Origin: Elusimicrobia bacterium GWA2_61_42
GTDB taxonomy: Bacteria > Elusimicrobiota > Elusimicrobia > Elusimicrobiales > UBA9959
Length of the DNA: 64,000 nucleotides
Reading direction: 5' to 3'
Assembly: GCA_001799615.1 (NCBI GenBank)
Contig: MGTU01000011.1
Location: forward strand, 23,480-87,479
Position 1 is the first letter of the stretch. Every line of letters starts with the position of its first letter. The notes below the pieces were generated by a model. It was not told the origin of the DNA. It did no database searches and saw only the letters and a program-made list of their open reading frames with translations. The translations under genes and the position numbers were made by a program. Positions 53,831 to 62,789 of this stretch are shown here, piece by piece.

Positions 53831-54784
53831 TTAAAGGCCTTGCAGGAAAGAAACAAGGTTGACGCTTTTGTTGGCGAGGCCGAGTTTCTTGCGGATATTG
53901 TTGCGGTGTTTATCGACCGTCTGGGAGGAAGCGTTCAAAAGGCCGGCTATTTCCTTGGTCGTCATGCCCGCCTTGACCATATTGGAGACCTCTATCTCTT
54001 TAGGTGTAAGCTTGAGGTGCTTCTCCGTCAGCCTGCGGCCGAACGAGGAGATCAATGTTCCCAGGCTTTTCTCCAACAAGTCGAGGTGCTTGCGCGAATC
54101 CCCGCCCTTCAGCCTGATCCTCTTTAAGATAGGCAGGATTATCTTATTCACGTTCACGATAATGTCGTCTTTTAACTTGTTCTTTTCTACCTCTACCGCG
54201 TTCATGGCTTCCCGAAAAGCGATATTTTTGTCTTCGAGGAGCTTTTTTTCAACTTCCAGGTCCGCGCAAGTCCTTTTCAGCGCCTCTTCCACTTTCAGGC
54301 GCCCGGTGATGTCCCGGAATATGCCGATATTGCACTCCCTGCCGTCGATAGGGGCCTTAGCCGTATTGATGTCGACATAGAAGATCTCGCCGTTCTTTCT
54401 GAGGCAGGGTACCGACGCGACGGCCACTTCTCCGCGGGCCTGGGCTTCAAACGTGGCTATAACGGAGGGTAAATTTACCGGGGGATGGATATCCCTGACG
54501 CCCAGCGTCAGCATTTCTTTTCCGGTATAGCCGAACATGCGGCAGATAGCCGGGTTTGCGTATCTGAACATCCTGGTTTTAAGATCGGCGATCAGGATCC
54601 CGTCGGCGCTGGCTTCAAAGAGTGCGTGATACCTGGCCTCGCTTTCGCGCAGCGCCGCCTCCGCCCGCAGGAGCTCGCTGCCCGATTCGCGGAGGGCGGG
54701 TTTAACGGCGGGCGGAATTTCCCCGGAGCTTCCACCGGTGCGTCCGGTCTTCGCGGAACGATAGCTTTTCTTGTTGGCTTTCAT
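53831..54784 (-). CDS. PAS-LuxR family transcriptional regulator
   Basis: PAS (ASADGI, ANPA.C.MFGY, IHP, DIT); LTPKE.EV...G.TTKEIA..L..S.QTV..HR.NIRKKLG; start uncertain. Confidence 0.9.
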   Translation of the reverse strand: MKANKKSYRSAKTGRTGGSSGEIPPAVKPALRESGSELLRAEAALRESEARYHALFEASADGILIADLKTRMFRYANPAICRMFGYTGKEMLTLGVRDIHPPVNLPSVIATFEAQARGEVAVASVPCLRKNGEIFYVDINTAKAPIDGRECNIGIFRDITGRLKVEEALKRTCADLEVEKKLLEDKNIAFREAMNAVEVEKNKLKDDIIVNVNKIILPILKRIRLKGGDSRKHLDLLEKSLGTLISSFGRRLTEKHLKLTPKEIEVSNMVKAGMTTKEIAGLLNASSQTVDKHRNNIRKKLGLANKSVNLVSFLQGL

Positions 54785-54944
54785 GACGGAACACGGCCTG
54801 CGGCCGTTCTCGGTGATTACGTGTGGTGTTGTTTGGCGCCGCCCTTCGGCGGTAGGCCGATCCCCTATCTTCCTGACGATAACAAAAATATCCGGCCAAG
54901 TCAATTTTCTTAGGTTTTCCGAAAGCTCCGGGTGAAGGCGCTCC

Positions 54945-56090
54945 TCAAACCGCGTTTTTAAGGATCTTCTCTATTTCGGGCTGTTCGTGTTTCATGCCCC
55001 ACAAGCGGATCAGGCCCATGGCGTTGGCCGCTATGCGCGGGATGTCGGCGGCGGGGATGCCGGCCTCGCCCAGCCGCACCGGGGCGCCGGCCTTTCTGAA
55101 GAAAGTCTCGAACGCCTTTATGGTGTCCTCGGCCGTCCGCACGCCGAAAACAGCGCGGCCGAATTTCTCAAGCCGCGCCGGGCCATCCGCGGCGAGGTGA
55201 TGCTTGAACCAAGCCGGCATCACTATGGCCAGCCCGGCGCCGTGCGCTATGTCGTAGAGCGCGCTGAGGGAATGTTCGATGGCGTGGTTAATGAAGTTCA
55301 TGCCGCCGTAGCCGCAGGTGGCCAGGCCGTTCAGGGCCAGGGTGGCCGACCACATCATGGAGGCGCGGGCGTTATAGTCGGACGGGTCCTTCAGGATCCT
55401 GCCGGTGGACGCTATTACCGTGCGGGCCAGGGCGTGCACCACCTCGTCGGTTATTTCCGCGTCGCGGTCCGTGGTGGTGAAATACCCCTCTATGATGTGG
55501 GCCAGCGAATCCACCGCGCCGTTGGCTACCTGCGCCATGGGCAGCGTCAGCGTGGTCTCCGGGTCAAGCACCGAAACCCTGGGGAATAGCGCGGCGCCGT
55601 GGGCCGAGTATTTCTGCCGGGTCTCTTCTTTCGTCACCACGCAGCCGGCGTTCATCTCCGAGCCGGTGGCCGGCAGGGTCAGCGCGGTAAAAAGCGGCAG
55701 CGCCTCTTTTATCTCCGCCTTGCCGCAGAAGAAATCCCAGACGTCGCCGGGGTACTTCACGCCGGCCGCTATGGCCTTGGCCTCGTCTATCACGGAGCCG
55801 CCCCCCGCCGCCACCACCAGGTCGCAGTCGTTCTTCCTGGCTTTCTCTATGCCCTCCCGCACGTGGGAGAGGACGGGGTTGGGTTTTACCCCGGCGTGCT
55901 CGATGAAGGCGACGCCGTTATCCTTCAGGGCCGTGATTAGGGCCGCGTAAACCCCGTTCTTCTTTATACTGCCGCCGCCGTAGACCAGCAGCGCCTTTTT
56001 GCCGGCTTTGGCCGCTTCGGGGCCCAGTTTGAAAATGGTGTTCTTGCCGAAAATGATCCTGGTGGGGTTAGAGAAAGTAAAGTTCTGCAT
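54945..56090 (-). CDS. Iron-containing alcohol dehydrogenase (BdhA/YqhD-like)
   Basis: NPTRIIFG, GGGSIK, PNP, GGGSVID, TLPATGSE, H.IEH and HGAGL; SD AGGAGG; start set at ATG 56090. Confidence 0.95.
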   Translation of the reverse strand: MQNFTFSNPTRIIFGKNTIFKLGPEAAKAGKKALLVYGGGSIKKNGVYAALITALKDNGVAFIEHAGVKPNPVLSHVREGIEKARKNDCDLVVAAGGGSVIDEAKAIAAGVKYPGDVWDFFCGKAEIKEALPLFTALTLPATGSEMNAGCVVTKEETRQKYSAHGAALFPRVSVLDPETTLTLPMAQVANGAVDSLAHIIEGYFTTTDRDAEITDEVVHALARTVIASTGRILKDPSDYNARASMMWSATLALNGLATCGYGGMNFINHAIEHSLSALYDIAHGAGLAIVMPAWFKHHLAADGPARLEKFGRAVFGVRTAEDTIKAFETFFRKAGAPVRLGEAGIPAADIPRIAANAMGLIRLWGMKHEQPEIEKILKNAV

Positions 56091-56131
56091 ATCGTTCCTC
56101 CTGGTCGCTCGCTGGAAAAAGTTTAGCAAAT

Positions 56132-56162
56132 AAAAAACCGCGGCTCTTCAGCCGCGGTTCTT
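56132..56162 (-). terminator. Intrinsic terminator
   Basis: AACCGCGGC-TCTTCA-GCCGCGGTT with T6 tract on the minus strand. Confidence 0.85.
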
Positions 56163-56178
56163 AAAGCGCGGTCTTCCG

Positions 56179-57807
56179 CTATTGCGCGTCCACCCAGACG
56201 CCGCGCGCCGGGAGCCCCCCGCCGAAAGCCTTGCTCTGGACCACGCCTTCCTCGGCCAGGCAGCCGGTGATGAAAGCGCGGGCCTTGACCAGCTCGTGGA
56301 CGGGGTTCAGAAGCACGGGCGTGCTTTTGCCTTTCTTGAAATTAACGTGGTCCCGCTTTACGATATACTGGGAGTTAAGCTGGCCGGTAAAGTCGTTGTA
56401 GATGATCTCCACGTGGCAGTCCAGGTAGCTGCGCGACAGGGGTTTCAGCCACATCCTGTCCTCGTCGAGGGACACCTTGAAGTCCTTGCTCTCCACGTAT
56501 TCCAGGCGGTCGCGGAAGTCCTCGCTGAGGTCCAGGTAGACGGCCGGGTCGCAGTAGTTCCTGTCGGGGACGAAGCCCGCGTAGAGATTCTCCCTGACGG
56601 TCCTGGCCAGGCGCGCGCCTATCCTGCCGCCCGTGGAGTTGACGAAATCCTCCTGCTGCTCGTTCTGGTCGTTGGCGCCGTTAAGCACGTGGGAGCCGGC
56701 GGTCTCGATGCCGCCCACCAGCGCCGCGCGCAGGCCGCCGCGCACGTAGCCGTAGAGCATGATGCCGTGGAAGTGGTACCAGGAGCCGTACTTGTCGCCC
56801 TTGCCTTTGTAAAAATTGCTGATGACCGCCAGCTTGCGGGTGACGGCCAGCTTGTCGCGCTCGGGGTGGCGCCAGTTGTCGGAGAGCACGTTCTCTATGG
56901 TCAGGATGGTCAGGTAGACGTCGCCGCCGTTGAGGCGGTAGCTGGCCCGGAACACCTGGTCCATCGTGGCGGAGGCGTCCTGGCGGGAAAGGATGTAATT
57001 GATAAGTTCCGTTTCGGCGCCGGTCTTGAAATGGCGCGAAGTGACCCCGGAAGCCAGGGCGGTGAACAGCTTGGTAAAGCCCAGGGGGACCAGCTCCCCT
57101 TTCTCGCGGCAGTACTGGAGGAATTCCGGGCTCCATTCGTGCGGCAGGCCGTAAGAGGGCTGCAGGCCGTTGGCCATTTCCTCGTTGATGATCTGCTTGA
57201 GCATGTTCAGCATTTCAGTCTTGCGGAAGGGGTTGATGCGCCCGTCCAGCTGCAGTTTAGAGTTGCGCAGCTGCACCAGCATGCGCTCTTTTTCGTCCTG
57301 CGGCAGGTCCAGGGCCAGGATGTCGGCCTCGGTGGGCAGGGCCACGGGCGGGTCCTGCACTACCGGGTTTATGTCGGTGTAAGTCCCCCCGGCGGGATTG
57401 CCGTTGTCCTCTATTACGCCGAACAGCACCTGGAAAAGCATTTTGGGCAGGTTCTTGGTGTAGACCGTCAGGGCGACGTCGCTCTGGAGGTCGTGGCGCA
57501 GGTAGGCGGCCTGGCGGTACTGGCGGGCGAACTCCAGCGTGTTCTGGATCCCGGGGATGTCTATGGTCCCGCCGATCAGGTTTATCTTGTCGGCGCCGGC
57601 GGGGCGGCGGCGGGGCGCCAGCAGCGGGTCGTAGGAATCGGGGTCCAGGTAATAGTTGCCGGAGGCTTCGGGCAGGGCTTTGACGGCGGGCGCTTCGAAA
57701 GTCTTTGAGGCGGCTTTAAGGCCGCTTACGTCGAAATATTCCAGCTGCTGGGCGGCGGCGGGCGTTACGGAGAGAATGGCCGCCATCATTAGTATGTTTT
57801 TTTTCAT
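56179..57807 (-). CDS. Secreted hypothetical protein
   Basis: Signal peptide MKKNIL...AAA; 542 aa; own promoter and terminator. Confidence 0.8.
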   Translation of the reverse strand: MKKNILMMAAILSVTPAAAQQLEYFDVSGLKAASKTFEAPAVKALPEASGNYYLDPDSYDPLLAPRRRPAGADKINLIGGTIDIPGIQNTLEFARQYRQAAYLRHDLQSDVALTVYTKNLPKMLFQVLFGVIEDNGNPAGGTYTDINPVVQDPPVALPTEADILALDLPQDEKERMLVQLRNSKLQLDGRINPFRKTEMLNMLKQIINEEMANGLQPSYGLPHEWSPEFLQYCREKGELVPLGFTKLFTALASGVTSRHFKTGAETELINYILSRQDASATMDQVFRASYRLNGGDVYLTILTIENVLSDNWRHPERDKLAVTRKLAVISNFYKGKGDKYGSWYHFHGIMLYGYVRGGLRAALVGGIETAGSHVLNGANDQNEQQEDFVNSTGGRIGARLARTVRENLYAGFVPDRNYCDPAVYLDLSEDFRDRLEYVESKDFKVSLDEDRMWLKPLSRSYLDCHVEIIYNDFTGQLNSQYIVKRDHVNFKKGKSTPVLLNPVHELVKARAFITGCLAEEGVVQSKAFGGGLPARGVWVDAQ

Positions 57808-57876
57808 CGGCGTTTTCCTGTTCTGTCTAATTGTCCGGCTTCGCTTCTGCCGCGCGCGGCAGTTCCTATATACTAT

Positions 57877-57951
57877 AATCTAACAGAAATACCGGCCTTT
57901 GTAATGCGCGAAAAGGCCCAGAAGGGCGGTGTTATTGGGCCTATACGGCCC
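57877..57951 (-). promoter_or_regulatory. Two palindrome-like boxes plus extended -10
   Basis: GGGCC-GTATA-GGCCC (57937-57951); GGGCC-TTTT-CGCGC (57906-57919); 23 bp; TGtTAGATT (-10 at 57877-57882). Confidence 0.5.
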
Positions 57952-57960
57952 TAGGACCTT

Positions 57961-58665
57961 ATGAGCGCTGAAAAACTGATCCTCATTTCTGACGTGCACG
58001 CCAACCTGCCGGCGCTGGAAGCCGTCAGGGCCGATATCGCGCGCCGCGGGCTGTGCGCCGCCCCGGTCTGTTTCCTGGGCGACGCCGTCAACATGGGCCC
58101 CTTCCCGGCGGAAACGGTGCGGGAGCTGCGGTCCATGAACCTCCTTTGCCGGGTCAGGGGCAACCATGACCGCTACGCGGCCGGCGCCATCGACCGCCCG
58201 GCGCTGGAGCGTTATTTCCGCTGCCCCGAAGGCGCCGAGCACACCGCCTGGACCGCCGCCGCGCTGGACGAGGGTTGCAAAGCCTGGTTGGGCGCGGCCC
58301 CTGTGGCGGCCTCCTTCACTCTTGGCGGCGCGGAATTCTGCTGTTTCCACGCCTCGAAAGAAAGCGACGAGGCGTCCTTCAAACCTTTGCCCCAGCCGGT
58401 CAACATACTTTGCGGCCACATCCACTCCGCCTTCGTCCTGCCGCAGGAGGCGGGCTTCCTGGCCGTCAACCCGGGCAGCGTAGGCAGCCCGCTGGACAAG
58501 AACCCCGCGGCCTCCTACGCCCTGCTGTCCGTGAACGGCCGGGTCAGCGCCGAGATAATACGGGTGCCGTACGACATCGCCGCCTTTTCCGCGGCGCTGG
58601 AGTCCCGGGCCGTGCCCTGGGGCGGCGTTATCGGCAGGGTAGTGAGGAAAGCCAGCTTGTTCTGA
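57961..58665 (+). CDS. Metallophosphoesterase (YfcE/calcineurin-like)
   Basis: SDVHAN, LGD, GNHD, H, GHIH and NPGSVG. Confidence 0.9.
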   Translation: MSAEKLILISDVHANLPALEAVRADIARRGLCAAPVCFLGDAVNMGPFPAETVRELRSMNLLCRVRGNHDRYAAGAIDRPALERYFRCPEGAEHTAWTAAALDEGCKAWLGAAPVAASFTLGGAEFCCFHASKESDEASFKPLPQPVNILCGHIHSAFVLPQEAGFLAVNPGSVGSPLDKNPAASYALLSVNGRVSAEIIRVPYDIAAFSAALESRAVPWGGVIGRVVRKASLF

Positions 58666-58667
58666 CC

Positions 58668-59795
58668 ATGAAAATACTGCACATCACTGAATCTTTCGGC
58701 TGGTCGGGCGGCGCCGCGCAGGCGCTTTACCTGGCGCGCGAACTGCGCGCCCTGGGCCAGGAAAACCTCCTCGCCTGCCCTGAAGACGGGGACCTGGGGC
58801 AAAAGGCCGCGGCCGACGGCTTCGAGGTAATTCACTTCCGCCCGAAGCGGGATTATGACCTCAGGACCGCCTTCGCCCTGGCCCGGCTGATAGACGAGCG
58901 GAAGCCCGACGTGCTGCAGGCCCACCACCCGAAAGCCCACGCCATGGGGCTTATGGCCAAGTTCCTCGCCCGGCACAAACCGGTGTTCGTGGTCACCAGG
59001 CGCGTCTCGCACCCCATCATCACCACTTTTTTCGCCAGGCTGAAGTACCAGAGCCGGCTGATAGACGGCTTTATCGCGGTGGCGGATTCCGTGCGCGGCC
59101 TGCTTACGGCTTACGGCCTGCCGCCGGAGCGCGTGCGCACCATCTACAGCGGCACCGACCCCGCGCGCTTTTCCCCCCGGCCGCCGGACCCGGCTATTGT
59201 AGAGGAGCTGGCGCTGCCGCCCGGCCTGCCGGTCGTCATGCTGGTGGGGAATTTCAGCGAACATAAGGGGCAGCGCGTGCTGCTGGAAGCCGCCGGGCTG
59301 CTGCGCGGCCGCGGCCTGGACTTTATCCTGGTTTTTGCCGGCAGGGGCACCGATTCGCCCGAGCTTAAAGCGCTTTATAAAGCCGCGGGCCTGCCGGAAG
59401 AAAAAGGGCGTTTTTTGGGTTTGCGAGACGATGTGGAAAAGCTGCTCACCGCGGCCTCGGTCAGCGTTAACGCCGCGGTAAAGGGCGAGGCGCTGAGCGG
59501 CAGCATCCGGGAATCTCTCGCCATGGGCGTGCCGGCGGTGGCCAGCGATATTTCCGGCAACGCGGAAATAGTCAAGGACGGGGTGACCGGCCTGCTTTTT
59601 CCTCCCGGCGACGCCCCCGCCCTGGCGGACCGCCTGGAAACGATACTGCGAACCCCCGGGCTCCGGGAAAAATTCTCCGGTAATTCCGTCTCCCTGGTGC
59701 GCGATGGTTTTACTACGGCCATCATGGGCCGCAGAACTCTTGAATATTATCGGGAATTATTGGGCAAGCGCGGCGGCGCCAGCCGGCCGGTCTAA
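58668..59795 (+). CDS. GT4 glycosyltransferase
   Basis: MKILHI...W.GG, AHH, KG, GLRDDV, E-x7-E (EALSGSIRE) and DGVTGLL; start set at ATG 58668. Confidence 0.9.
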   Translation: MKILHITESFGWSGGAAQALYLARELRALGQENLLACPEDGDLGQKAAADGFEVIHFRPKRDYDLRTAFALARLIDERKPDVLQAHHPKAHAMGLMAKFLARHKPVFVVTRRVSHPIITTFFARLKYQSRLIDGFIAVADSVRGLLTAYGLPPERVRTIYSGTDPARFSPRPPDPAIVEELALPPGLPVVMLVGNFSEHKGQRVLLEAAGLLRGRGLDFILVFAGRGTDSPELKALYKAAGLPEEKGRFLGLRDDVEKLLTAASVSVNAAVKGEALSGSIRESLAMGVPAVASDISGNAEIVKDGVTGLLFPPGDAPALADRLETILRTPGLREKFSGNSVSLVRDGFTTAIMGRRTLEYYRELLGKRGGASRPV

Positions 59796-60397
59796 GGTAT
59801 TTCTTTAAGTCTTTTCCTGTAGCAGTTCTCGCAGAAGCCGTGGGTGAACAGGGCTTCCGAGTGCTCGCTGATATAGGATTCCAGCTGCATCCAGTCGCCC
59901 TTGTCGGTGCGGATCTTTTTGCAGTCCGCGCAGATGGGCAGCAGGCCGGTCAGCTGCTTGACCTGTTTCAAAGCTTCCCGCAGCTGCGCGATCAGCGCTT
60001 CCTTTTCGTTGACCAGCTGCTTGCGCTCTATCGCGTACCTGACGGTGCGTTTAAGCTCCCGGTGGCCGAATTGGCCTTTTACAAGGTAATCCTGCGCCCC
60101 GTCCTTCAGCGCGTCGATGCCCGCTGCTTCGTCCTCCGTGCCGGTCATCACTACTACGGGCAGGCTGGGGAATTTTCCGCAGACCGCCTTTATGGTGGCC
60201 GCGCCGCCGCTGTCCGGCAGGCCCATGTCCAGCAGCGTCACGTCGGCGCCGTCGGCGGCTATGCTTTTAAGGCCCTCTTTCAGGGTTTCTTTCACGCTTA
60301 CGTCGGAGCCCAGGCCGGCCTCTTTCAGCATCCTGAGCGTGATGCCGGCGGAGACAGGTTCGTCTTCTATTATTAAAATACGGATCTGGCCGTTCAT
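59792..60397 (-). CDS. Response regulator: REC plus coiled coil plus Cys/His domain
   Basis: IED, LDMGLPDS, GAQDYLVK; C-terminal LLPICADCKKIR...W...THGFCENC. Confidence 0.88.
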   Translation of the reverse strand: MNGQIRILIIEDEPVSAGITLRMLKEAGLGSDVSVKETLKEGLKSIAADGADVTLLDMGLPDSGGAATIKAVCGKFPSLPVVVMTGTEDEAAGIDALKDGAQDYLVKGQFGHRELKRTVRYAIERKQLVNEKEALIAQLREALKQVKQLTGLLPICADCKKIRTDKGDWMQLESYISEHSEALFTHGFCENCYRKRLKEIP

Positions 60398-60444
60398 TTC
60401 TCTACCCCCACGGCTATTATAACTCAAAAAAAACGCGAAGAAAA

Positions 60445-61758
60445 CTACAGGAGTTTCCCCTGCAGCAGCCAGGCGGTGCTGAGGAAGGCGAAGAAGCCCA
60501 CCACGTCGGTGACGGTGGTAAGGAAGATGCCGGAGGAATGCGCCGGGTCGTAGCCCATGCGCTTCATAAGCACCGGGATAAGCGCGCCGGACAGGCCGGC
60601 CGCCACCATATTGACCACCATGGCCAGGCCCACTACCAGGCCCAGCCAGCCGTTGCCTTTCCAGAGCCAGGCGGCCGCCGCCGTGATCATGCCGGTGGCC
60701 ATGCCGTTCACAAAACCTACGAAGACCTCCGTGCGTACCAGCTGCCAGGCGTTATGCGGCGCTATCTCGCGCATAAGCATGCCGCGTATCACCACGGCCA
60801 GGGTCTGCGTGCCGGCGTTGCCGCCCTGCCCGGCTATGATGGGCAGAAACACGGCCAGCACCGCTATCCGCGCTATAAAGTCCTCGAACAGGGCCACCAC
60901 CGAACCGGCGAGGAAAGCCGTGGCCAGGTTTACCGTAAGCCAGGGCAGGCGCCGGGTGATCTTGAACCAGGCCGAAGAGAAGGCCCGTTCCTCGGCGCTG
61001 GCGCCGAACAGTATCTGCAGGTCCTCGGTGGCCTCTTCCTCGGTGGAGGCGATGATGTTCTTGGTGTTGACTATTCCTATCAGGTGCCCGTTCTCTTCGG
61101 TTACCGGCACGGCCAGGTAATGCTTGCGGGCCGCCATGGCCACCAGCTCCTCCCGGTCCGTGAACGGCGAGACTTTAAAAACGTCCTTGATCATTATCTC
61201 GGCTACGGGGGCTTCCGGGGAGGCCAGCAGCAGGTCCCGCATGTTCAGCACGCCCAGCAAAGCGCCGGTATTGTCCACCACGTAGCAGTAGGAAGCGGCC
61301 GGCAGCTGTTTCCTGGCCATCTGGCGCAGTTTCAGGATCACGTCCCGCACTTTCGCGTCGCCGCGGAAAGCCAGGAAGTCCGTGTGCATCATGCGGCCGG
61401 CGCTGCCACGGGGGTAGGCCAGTATCTCGGCCATGTCCTTGGAAAATTCGGCGTCCAGCAGCGCGATCGCGGCTTTGGAAAAATCCGGGTTGAGGCGCCG
61501 GAAAATATCCGCGGCGTGGAATTTGCCGGCGCGGTGCAGTATTTCCGCCGCTTCCTGCGGTGTAAAGCTTTCAAGTATGCCGGCGGCTTCCTGGGGCGCC
61601 AGGTTTTCGAGGACCTGCGCCGCTACCGACGGGGGCAGGTCTTTAAGCAGCTGCGCCGCGTCGCGGGCCGGCAGGGCTTCCAGCGCCTGGGCCGCTTTGA
61701 CCGGGTCGGTCTGGATGAACTTCTTCACTATTTCTATGGCCGCTTCTTTCTTTTTCAT
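60445..61758 (-). CDS. mgtE: Magnesium transporter MgtE
   Basis: N-domain, YP..SAG..M CBS pair, RLPWL, GGNAGTQ, DPA and TTVTDVVG. Confidence 0.95.
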   Translation of the reverse strand: MKKKEAAIEIVKKFIQTDPVKAAQALEALPARDAAQLLKDLPPSVAAQVLENLAPQEAAGILESFTPQEAAEILHRAGKFHAADIFRRLNPDFSKAAIALLDAEFSKDMAEILAYPRGSAGRMMHTDFLAFRGDAKVRDVILKLRQMARKQLPAASYCYVVDNTGALLGVLNMRDLLLASPEAPVAEIMIKDVFKVSPFTDREELVAMAARKHYLAVPVTEENGHLIGIVNTKNIIASTEEEATEDLQILFGASAEERAFSSAWFKITRRLPWLTVNLATAFLAGSVVALFEDFIARIAVLAVFLPIIAGQGGNAGTQTLAVVIRGMLMREIAPHNAWQLVRTEVFVGFVNGMATGMITAAAAWLWKGNGWLGLVVGLAMVVNMVAAGLSGALIPVLMKRMGYDPAHSSGIFLTTVTDVVGFFAFLSTAWLLQGKLL

Positions 61759-61762
61759 AAAT

Positions 61763-62716
61763 TTAAGCCGAAGCCCGGCGGAGCCGGTCCATTATGGCCC
61801 GCCCCAGGCCGTGCCGGGGCACTTTTTCCGCGTAGATGGTCCTGGCGCCGGAGCCCTCGAGGGCATGCAGCGCCCCGAACAGGTTCGCCGCCGCCTCGCG
61901 CAGGTCGCCGCGGGGAGAAAGGATCTTAACAGCGGCCCACTTGCCGGCGGGGCGCGTGCTGAAAGCCAGGTAGGCCGCGCTTGGGGCAGGTTTTACCGCC
62001 TTTCCCGGCGCTATCAGCTTAAGCCTGGCCGCCGGGGCGTAATGTTTTTTAAGGCAGCCCGGCGCCAGGGGCGCCTTGCCCGCCGCGGGCCTCAGTAATA
62101 CTGCGCCGGCCGCCTTTTCAATTTCCTCCAGCGGCAGGCCGCCCGGGCGCAGCAGCACGGGCTTGTCTCCCTGGAAAGAGATTATAGTGGACTCCACTCC
62201 GATGGCGGTTCTCCCCCCGTCCAGGATCATGTCCGGCCTGTTCCCCAGCTGTTTTTTTACGTGGGCGGCGGTGGTGGGGCTCAGCGCCCCGAAGCGGTTG
62301 GCGCTGGGGGCGGCCACCGGCCGGCCGGCGGCTTTTATCAGCGCCAGCGCGGTGCGGTCCGCCGGAACGCGTACGGCGACGGTTTCCAGGCCGGCAGTGA
62401 CTATGCCCGGCACGGCCGCGGCTTTGGGCAGCACCAGCGTCAGCGGGCCTGGCCAGAATTTCTCCATCAGGCGCAGGGCGGGTTTCGGGATCTTAGAAAA
62501 AAGCTTTTTCGCCCTGGCGGCCGAGCATTCATGCAGTATGAGCGGGTCGAACCGGGGCCGGTCTTTTATCTCGAAGATGCGCGCGCAGGCTTTAGGGTTC
62601 AGGCCGTCCGCGCCCAGGCCGTATACGGTTTCGGTCGGAAAAGCCACGACGCCGCCCGCCCTTATCAGGGCCGCGGCTTTTCTGATGCTGGCTTGCGTGG
62701 CTTTGTGTCTGTTCAT
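61763..62716 (-). CDS. sua5: L-threonylcarbamoyladenylate synthase Sua5
   Basis: AFPTETVYGLG, K.RP..PLI.H, WPGPLT, APSAN, GVESTI, PG..KHYAP and DRL.RA. Confidence 0.96.
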   Translation of the reverse strand: MNRHKATQASIRKAAALIRAGGVVAFPTETVYGLGADGLNPKACARIFEIKDRPRFDPLILHECSAARAKKLFSKIPKPALRLMEKFWPGPLTLVLPKAAAVPGIVTAGLETVAVRVPADRTALALIKAAGRPVAAPSANRFGALSPTTAAHVKKQLGNRPDMILDGGRTAIGVESTIISFQGDKPVLLRPGGLPLEEIEKAAGAVLLRPAAGKAPLAPGCLKKHYAPAARLKLIAPGKAVKPAPSAAYLAFSTRPAGKWAAVKILSPRGDLREAAANLFGALHALEGSGARTIYAEKVPRHGLGRAIMDRLRRASA

Positions 62717-62789
62717 AAGCAGGCTGCCCGCCTTTCAACGGCGGGCAGTCTAATTCTAGCAATTTCCGGCGGCGGGCCGGAAAAGCGGC

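Noticed and set aside
57847-57862. Perfect 16-bp palindrome CTGCCGCGCGCGGCAG
   Set aside because: Single GC-rich occurrence; probably a simple leader hairpin or chance.
58275-58667. N-terminal extension of the GT4 ORF suggesting a fusion or frameshift with the phosphoesterase
   Set aside because: The phosphoesterase ends normally at 58665 and the GT4 has a proper ATG at 58668; the extension is just an open alternate frame.
62721-62751. GC hairpin just upstream of sua5 as a terminator or riboswitch
   Set aside because: No U-tract on the coding strand and too short for an aptamer; function cannot be assigned.
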